Origin: Candidatus Altimarinota bacterium
GTDB taxonomy: Bacteria; Patescibacteriota; Gracilibacteria; UBA4473
Assembly (NCBI GenBank): GCA_965231215.1
Contig: OZ246423.1
Span: forward strand, 854,699 to 918,698
Length of the DNA stretch: 64,000 nucleotides
Direction: 5' to 3'
Part shown: positions 56,044 through 62,415 of the stretch, piece by piece
Position numbering within the stretch: the stretch's first letter is position 1
Layout: every line of letters begins with the position of its first letter
Position numbers and translations under genes: made by a program
Notes under the pieces: generated by a model
What the model was told of the DNA's origin: nothing
The model's input: the letters and a program-made list of their open reading frames with translations, nothing else
Database searches by the model: none

Positions 56044-57281
56044 AACATTCCAAGCCCTATATTTTTCCAGTCATTATCACTTCCAACTCTTAATGGAGTA
56101 GTGCTATAGCCAATATAACTAGGGACGATTGATCCAAGCTCTCCATGGTTTCCACTTCCCCAACACCATAAAGCACCATCATTCTTTATCGCACAAGAGT
56201 GAGAGTATCCTGAAGCAACGCTTTCCCAAGTGTTCTCACTTCCTACCTGTGTAGGAACCCTCTTACTACCTGTATAGCGTTTTCCCTGACCAAGCTGTCC
56301 ATAGTGATCTCCCCCCCAACACCACAAAGTATTATCTGTTTTTATCGCACATAAGTGTCTTTTTCCTATACCAATACTTTTCCAAGTATCGGTACCAACC
56401 TGAACGGGAGTACTTCGATCTATAGCATCATTCTGTCCTAGTTGTCCATAACGGTTATCTCCCCAGCACCACAAGGTATTATTATTTTTAGTCGCACAGG
56501 CAAATTTATTTCCAAGGTAAATATTTTTCCAATCGTTATCGCTACCAACTTGCACAGGGCTCGGTTGGTTATCTGATGGATCATTACTACCAATTCCAAG
56601 TCTTGAATCAGAATTACTCCCCCAACACGACAAAGTATTATCAGTTGTTATTCCACAAGTATGATCTAATCCTGCTGAAACATCTTTCCAAGTACCAGGT
56701 AATCGCTTAGGGTAATGTTCATACTCATGAATTCCTCCTTTTCTGCCTATTCCTAGCTTCCCAAGGTAAGTGTGTCCCCAACACCATAACGTATTATCAT
56801 CTTTTATTGCACAAACATGTCCAGCTAAACCAAATTCTATAGTATCTGCCAGACTACTTAAGTATGAAGGACTCATTCCCCAACATTGAAGATTATTTCC
56901 ACTTGAAATAGCACAAAAGGAATTCACCCCAATTCCAACTTTGTTCCAACTACTACTTTCAAACTGCTCAGGCTCATGAGTATTTGATAATCCTGGAAGA
57001 GGTGAGCTTCCCCAGCACCAAAGAGCCTCTGGAACATGGCATGCCGAAAATTCAATATTTATGGGTTTATTATTCAGAAAAGAGTGCCATCCTGTGGTGG
57101 TTTGAGTTGGAACAAATCGTTCTTTCCCATCCAAGCTCTTAATTTTTTTACAAATTCCATGAGCATTAATTATTTTATCGGCTGTTCCAATACGGAATCC
57201 AGTAAGAATGGTATTAATTGCAAAAACCTCGTCAAAAAGAAGCAATAACGAAAGTAAGAAAAATAATTTTTTTGTTCTCAT
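56019..57281 (-). CDS. Secreted RCC1-repeat (seven-blade beta-propeller) protein
   Basis: Signal peptide MRTKKLFFLLSLLLLFDEVFA. About 7 repeats of the (N)TLWCWG ... GQLG type. The ATG overlaps the stop of the upstream fibre gene (ATGA). The 3' end overlaps the GT2 gene by 25 nt. Confidence 0.8.
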   Translation of the reverse strand: MRTKKLFFLLSLLLLFDEVFAINTILTGFRIGTADKIINAHGICKKIKSLDGKERFVPTQTTTGWHSFLNNKPINIEFSACHVPEALWCWGSSPLPGLSNTHEPEQFESSSWNKVGIGVNSFCAISSGNNLQCWGMSPSYLSSLADTIEFGLAGHVCAIKDDNTLWCWGHTYLGKLGIGRKGGIHEYEHYPKRLPGTWKDVSAGLDHTCGITTDNTLSCWGSNSDSRLGIGSNDPSDNQPSPVQVGSDNDWKNIYLGNKFACATKNNNTLWCWGDNRYGQLGQNDAIDRSTPVQVGTDTWKSIGIGKRHLCAIKTDNTLWCWGGDHYGQLGQGKRYTGSKRVPTQVGSENTWESVASGYSHSCAIKNDGALWCWGSGNHGELGSIVPSYIGYSTTPLRVGSDNDWKNIGLGMFYTCGIRE

Positions 57282-59155
57282 AGATTCATAACTTCCTTTA
57301 ATTTATTAATTTGTTCTTGTTGATTTTCAATTAATTTCTGTTGTTGATCCGTTAGTTCTTTCATTTCTTTTAAGGCCTCAACAAGTATGGCATTTATATT
57401 TCCATAGCGAACCGACTTCAGCCCATCCACCTCGCTTGTTTCTACGAGTTCTGGTAGGACTCTTTCAACATCTTGAGCAATGAAACCAATAGAATTTTTA
57501 TCAGAATTATTCCATTTAAATTTAACACCTTCTAATTGCTGAATAATTTTTATTGGATTTTTGATTTTCAAAATGTCTTTTTTCAAACGCTTATCAGAGG
57601 AGTAAACAAAATCTGTTGCTAGAACTGTTCCTTCAACATCTAGCTTCTGAGAAGGGGCCGTCGTCCCAATCCCGACATTACCCGTATGCGCAACCGTCAT
57701 GGAAGGTGTCCCGCCATAATAGGAATTACCAGCAGCACCATCTACATAAAACCGAATATCCCCTGCATTGGACACCAAACGTATCCAGTTGCTTCCACCT
57801 TCAGAATAAAGCCCTAAATCAGTACCAGAAGCCAACCCCGCTTTGTTGATGATGCCCTCTCGAACCCTCAAACCACCACTACCAATATCCAACGTAGCAC
57901 TCGGCGTCGCCGTCCCAAGACCAATATAACCATTACCACCATCAAGCGTAAAGTGCGTATTTTCCCCAACACCACCACCCACATTAATCTTGAATTTATG
58001 ATTATCTGACTGATCCAGTCCTACAGAATACCAAGCATTCCACGGATCATGGAAACGAATTTGCGAGTCAGCATCATTATTCTCAACCTCGATATTCCCG
58101 CCGCGTATCTCTAACTTATTATCCGGATCTGCCGTCCCAATCCCGACATTGCCGCCGACAAGCGCCATGTCAGTTGCAACAGAACGTAAGATAGCCGTAT
58201 TATTACTATCTGTTGTTATATCAAGAATTCTTTGGTCACCCGCTTTATCATTATTAAAAATACTAAAAAATTGATTGTCATCTAGACTTCCTGCTGGCGC
58301 AGCGCCAAGAGCCCTGCCTGCCATTATTATCCCTGAAACATTCAACTTCGCATTAGGAGACTCCGTCCCAAGCCCGACATTGCCATTCGCTGCAATACTC
58401 AAACCATGATACCAATTGGTACCATCATTATTATAGATAGAGAGCGCATTCGGCGCACCATAAGAAGATGGTCTCTTAACAAAATCTGTAAAGTGTGAGC
58501 CACCATTGCTACTTTGCAAACGTAACGTATGGCCAGTATTATCCGGCGAAAGAACGTGCAACGGCAAACCAGGCGTCGCCGTCCCAATGCCAACCCTACC
58601 GGTTTCTGTCACTCGCATAAGTTCAGCCCAGTTACCGCCTGGGCCAGCGGCATTTTTTCCGATGACGAGGGCTCGGTTATCATTATCATCATTATTCCAG
58701 TCCATAGAAAGATAAACATTGTCTTCCCCATTTAGCTCTAGAGCTCCATTACTGTCATAAATAGTGCCGCCTCTTACCAGCAGTGTACCATCTATTTGAA
58801 GATCTCCGTCTTCATCAATGTTGGCTTTATCTGCATCGGCTCCTGTTCCAATCTGAAAGAGTTTTTCATTGGCGGTAGGAGAGGCTTTGTGAATTGAAAA
58901 ATGTGCCGGAAAAGTATCGGTTCCAATACCGACTTTCCCATTAAGATAATAGAGGTCTTGACCGCTGAAATTCCAAACCTGATAGCCTAAAATATCAACA
59001 GCGGTAGAGAGGCTTAGGAGATCAGTTCTTACCTTGTTCCAATCTGAGGCCCGAATAAGTTCTCCACTATTGACAGTGGGAGTGGTTATTGTCACCGCAG
59101 CGTAAGAAGTATTTGAGAAACTGAACAACAGCCATGCAAGCAATAGAGTTCTCAT
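57278..59155 (-). CDS. Exported modular fibre protein A with a C-terminal peptidase S74 intramolecular-chaperone domain
   Basis: Signal peptide MRTLLLAWLLFSFSNTSYA. Six GxVGIGT-headed modules. The C-terminus (57281-57598) reads SDKRLKKDI ... GFIAQDVERVLPELV ... coiled coil, matching the tail-fibre/endosialidase autochaperone. Confidence 0.8.
   Translation of the reverse strand: MRTLLLAWLLFSFSNTSYAAVTITTPTVNSGELIRASDWNKVRTDLLSLSTAVDILGYQVWNFSGQDLYYLNGKVGIGTDTFPAHFSIHKASPTANEKLFQIGTGADADKANIDEDGDLQIDGTLLVRGGTIYDSNGALELNGEDNVYLSMDWNNDDNDNRALVIGKNAAGPGGNWAELMRVTETGRVGIGTATPGLPLHVLSPDNTGHTLRLQSSNGGSHFTDFVKRPSSYGAPNALSIYNNDGTNWYHGLSIAANGNVGLGTESPNAKLNVSGIIMAGRALGAAPAGSLDDNQFFSIFNNDKAGDQRILDITTDSNNTAILRSVATDMALVGGNVGIGTADPDNKLEIRGGNIEVENNDADSQIRFHDPWNAWYSVGLDQSDNHKFKINVGGGVGENTHFTLDGGNGYIGLGTATPSATLDIGSGGLRVREGIINKAGLASGTDLGLYSEGGSNWIRLVSNAGDIRFYVDGAAGNSYYGGTPSMTVAHTGNVGIGTTAPSQKLDVEGTVLATDFVYSSDKRLKKDILKIKNPIKIIQQLEGVKFKWNNSDKNSIGFIAQDVERVLPELVETSEVDGLKSVRYGNINAILVEALKEMKELTDQQQKLIENQQEQINKLKEVMNL
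57666..57918 (-). repeat. Copy A of the 253-bp identical internal module
   Basis: Identical by eye to 60454-60706. It encodes GTATPSATLDIGSGGLRVREGIINKAG ... TPSMTVAHTGNVGIG. Confidence 0.9.
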
Positions 59156-59246
59156 ATTTATTTTTTTTCACACTTTATAATACAGGTATTTGTTTTTAGT
59201 TTAAAGTTAAATTTTCTGACTTGTTTTTTTAAAATTTTGGATGGAT
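58578..59246 (-). repeat. Copy A of the 669-bp duplicated block (upstream region, signal peptide and first ~193 codons)
   Basis: Aligns base for base with 61606-62273. By eye there are 5 substitutions in the coding part, and one 1-nt indel plus one adjacent substitution in the upstream T-run. Confidence 0.9.
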
Positions 59247-59321
59247 ATCAGCAAAATTCTCTGTTGATAAACTTTATCTGATCATTGTATCAGAAAACCC
59301 CTAAAAAATAAAGTGAGGATT

Positions 59322-62183
59322 CTATTGATTTTCCAAAGCTTCAACACGAGCTTTGAGGGCATCATTTTCAGCCTTGAGCTCTTGAATTGCTTTGACGAGG
59401 ATAGGCGCCATCTGACCATAGGCCAAAGACTTCGTGCCCATCTCATCATCCGCCGTGCTCACCAGCTCCGGCACCAAAGCCTCAACCTCTTGCGCCAAGA
59501 AACCAACCTGATGCACTTGCTCCGCCCGCTGCGCCTCATCGATCCAATCAAACGCCACCGGCTTCATCGCCATCACCGTATCCAAACCATAATCCAGATC
59601 CACCACATTGGTCTTCAACCGAGCATCAGAAAAAGTCGACCAAGTCGACCCCGTATTCGCCCCGCCCCCCCCACCAAGTGAGGACTGAGCCACACAATTA
59701 CCTCCAGAAGTATCACAAATTTGATTCGTGCGTACTCCTCCACCGTCAGCTCGAATACCCGCCCCTGAATAAAGCCACTTATTTCCATAAACTCTCAACC
59801 AAGTAGAATCGGTCATATGGAATCCTCCTCCATAATTTTGGAAATAAATTCCATTATTTCCATTCACTCGAAGCCAATCTCCTAGAATCTGAACTCCATT
59901 ATGGATGAAAATACGCCCACCAAATGTAGCATCGTTATTTTCCATATTTATAGACAAGGGCCACTGTCCATTGTATTGACACCAATTATTACCCCCTCCA
60001 ACGCCATCATTACCACAACCTCGTAAAAAATACATTACATTAGCATTCATATGTATCATGGCCGAACGATGATCTACATCTCTAAAGTAAATGGTTGGGT
60101 AATTACTTCGAATGGTTAACCCATTGGCATATCCATCGCCTCCATTCCCAACCTGAAGTTTGGTAGTTGGGCTTGAAGTTCCAATCCCGACATTGCCCTG
60201 CATACCAAAATAACTTAGGTTAGGCCTAAAAACGGCATACTCTGTATATTCTCCGGGATTATCTCTCCATCTAAAAATCCTTAACCCTTGATCATAATTA
60301 TCAATGGTAATTCGCCCATTTCTATTGCTTTCTGGATCAGCATTCATTAACACCATTTCACCTCCTTCAGTAGCTGTGTTTTGAGAGTCTATTCTCAAAT
60401 AATTGGTTCTCAAATCCCCAGCTACCTGTAGTTTTGAGGTTGGATTAGCGATTCCAATCCCGACATTACCCGTATGCGCAACCGTCATGGAAGGTGTCCC
60501 GCCATAATAGGAATTACCAGCAGCACCATCTACATAAAACCGAATATCCCCTGCATTGGACACCAAACGTATCCAGTTGCTTCCACCTTCAGAATAAAGC
60601 CCTAAATCAGTACCAGAAGCCAACCCCGCTTTGTTGATGATGCCCTCTCGAACCCTCAAACCACCACTACCAATATCCAACGTAGCACTCGGCGTCGCCG
60701 TCCCAATCCCGACATTACCAGAAGGTTTAATAGTTACTTTTTCAGAAAATGAACCAAAACCAATATTAGGGGCTAAGCCTTCAGTATTCCAATGTCCTAA
60801 TCTTATATCTGTTGTAGAGCCTGCTGCAATAGCCGGATATTGCCCATTCTTTTTCACAAACCCTAAACGAGAATTAACACCAGAGTCAGCTCCCATATAA
60901 ATATCCTCTCCAGTGGCTACTACATTTCCTCCAGCTACTAATTTTGTCTTGGTCCCAAAAGGGCTCGGAGATGTAGCAGTACCAGCCAGAACGATACCCC
61001 CTGTTGGGTTAAGCAGAAGATTCCTGGCGTTATTAGTCGCATTAAACTCTTTATGGTAAGCCTGTAACCAAGGCCCTCCATCAGCAACACCTATATCCAT
61101 AACATTTGTACTATTTACAGTCTGAAATCGAGCTATAGCCCCAGGACTAGGGGTAGTAGCATCTGGCAGCGATTGTCCAGACGATGTTACATGTAATTTT
61201 TCCAATGGAGTATTAGTCCCAATCCCGACATTGCCAGAAGCCCGAGTAACGTTGCTACCACTTTCTGTCCAGGTAGAACTCCCGCCACCACTACTCAAAC
61301 TTCCAGCGGGAACACAGTTACCTCCATTTTGATCACAGTACTCTGTAGCGCCTATTTTCCCTTCAACATCTAGCTTTAGCCCCGAGGAGGGGCTGATTGT
61401 ACCAATCCCGATATTCCCATTTCCTAGATTCAAGGTCATCATATCACCGCCACCACCAGTAGAAGAAAATCTAGCTGTATCCTGAGCTCCTGCATAAGTT
61501 TTTATTCTTAATGAGTCTGTAGCATTACTAATAATTAAGCCGTCATCACTAGCTCCACCATTAACTTTCATATCTCCGACCACCTGAAGCGCATGAGATG
61601 GATTTGCCGTCCCAATGCCAACCCTACCGGTTTCTGTCACTCGCATAAGTTCAGCCCAGTTACCGCCTGGGCCAGCGGCATTTTTTCCGATGACAAGGGC
61701 TCGGTTATCATTATCATCATTATTCCAGTCCATAGAAAGATAAACATTGTCTTCCCCATTTAGCTCTAGAGCTCCATTACTGTCATAAATAGTGCCGCCT
61801 CTTACCAGCAGTGTACCATCTATTTGAAGATCTCCGTCTTCATCAATGTTGGCTTTATCTGCATCGGCTCCTGTTCCAATCTGAAAGAGTTTTTCATTGG
61901 CGGTGGGAGAGGCTTTGTGAATTGAAAAATGTGCCGGAAAAGTATCGGTTCCAATACCGACTTTCCCATTAAGATAATAGAGGTCTTGACCGCTGAAATT
62001 CCAAACCTGATAGCCTAAAATATCAACAGCGGTAGAGAGGCTTAGGAGATCAGTTCTTACCTTGTTCCAATCTGAGGCCCGAATAAGTTCTCCACTATTG
62101 ACAGTGGGAGTGGTTATTGTTATCGCAGCGTAGGAAGTATTTGAGAAACTGAACAACAGCCATGCAAGCAATAGAGTTCTCAT
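59322..62183 (-). CDS. Exported modular fibre protein B (paralog of A) with a C-terminal peptidase S74 intramolecular-chaperone domain
   Basis: The first ~193 aa match A with a single difference (V21I). Seven GxVGIGT modules. The C-terminus (59325-59630) reads SDARLKTNV ... GFLAQEVEALVPELV ... LKAENDALKARVEALE. Confidence 0.8.
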   Translation of the reverse strand: MRTLLLAWLLFSFSNTSYAAITITTPTVNSGELIRASDWNKVRTDLLSLSTAVDILGYQVWNFSGQDLYYLNGKVGIGTDTFPAHFSIHKASPTANEKLFQIGTGADADKANIDEDGDLQIDGTLLVRGGTIYDSNGALELNGEDNVYLSMDWNNDDNDNRALVIGKNAAGPGGNWAELMRVTETGRVGIGTANPSHALQVVGDMKVNGGASDDGLIISNATDSLRIKTYAGAQDTARFSSTGGGGDMMTLNLGNGNIGIGTISPSSGLKLDVEGKIGATEYCDQNGGNCVPAGSLSSGGGSSTWTESGSNVTRASGNVGIGTNTPLEKLHVTSSGQSLPDATTPSPGAIARFQTVNSTNVMDIGVADGGPWLQAYHKEFNATNNARNLLLNPTGGIVLAGTATSPSPFGTKTKLVAGGNVVATGEDIYMGADSGVNSRLGFVKKNGQYPAIAAGSTTDIRLGHWNTEGLAPNIGFGSFSEKVTIKPSGNVGIGTATPSATLDIGSGGLRVREGIINKAGLASGTDLGLYSEGGSNWIRLVSNAGDIRFYVDGAAGNSYYGGTPSMTVAHTGNVGIGIANPTSKLQVAGDLRTNYLRIDSQNTATEGGEMVLMNADPESNRNGRITIDNYDQGLRIFRWRDNPGEYTEYAVFRPNLSYFGMQGNVGIGTSSPTTKLQVGNGGDGYANGLTIRSNYPTIYFRDVDHRSAMIHMNANVMYFLRGCGNDGVGGGNNWCQYNGQWPLSINMENNDATFGGRIFIHNGVQILGDWLRVNGNNGIYFQNYGGGFHMTDSTWLRVYGNKWLYSGAGIRADGGGVRTNQICDTSGGNCVAQSSLGGGGGANTGSTWSTFSDARLKTNVVDLDYGLDTVMAMKPVAFDWIDEAQRAEQVHQVGFLAQEVEALVPELVSTADDEMGTKSLAYGQMAPILVKAIQELKAENDALKARVEALENQ
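60454..60706 (-). repeat. Copy B of the 253-bp identical internal module
   Basis: See copy A. Confidence 0.9.
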
Positions 62184-62273
62184 ATTTATTTTTTTTCACA
62201 CTTTATAATACAGGTATTTGTTTTTAGTTTAAAGTTAAATTTTCTGACTTGTTTTTTGAAATTTTGGATGGAT
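61606..62273 (-). repeat. Copy B of the duplicated block
   Basis: See copy A. Confidence 0.9.
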
Positions 62274-62415
62274 GTCCCCAACAGGATTCTCTCTAATTTT
62301 TATGGTTTATCCTGGCATAAGATTAAAGGTTCGCCCTGCGGCTCTGAGCTGGTTTATAGTTTTCTCACTACAATAACTATCACCGAGGAATCCTCCGCTG
62401 TTAGTTCCTATCTCA

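Noticed and set aside
57666-61232. A CRISPR-like array suggested by the recurring CCAATCCCGACATT motif.
   Set aside because: The repeats are only 14 nt, irregularly spaced by hundreds of nt, and always in frame within long ORFs encoding N-V-G-I-G. No cas genes are present.
57278-62273. A diversity-generating retroelement (template/variable repeat pair) as the explanation for the repeated blocks in the fibre genes.
   Set aside because: The 253-bp blocks are identical. The five differences in the 669-bp block are mixed transitions, not adenine-specific. No reverse transcriptase gene is visible in the window. Duplication or gene conversion fits better.
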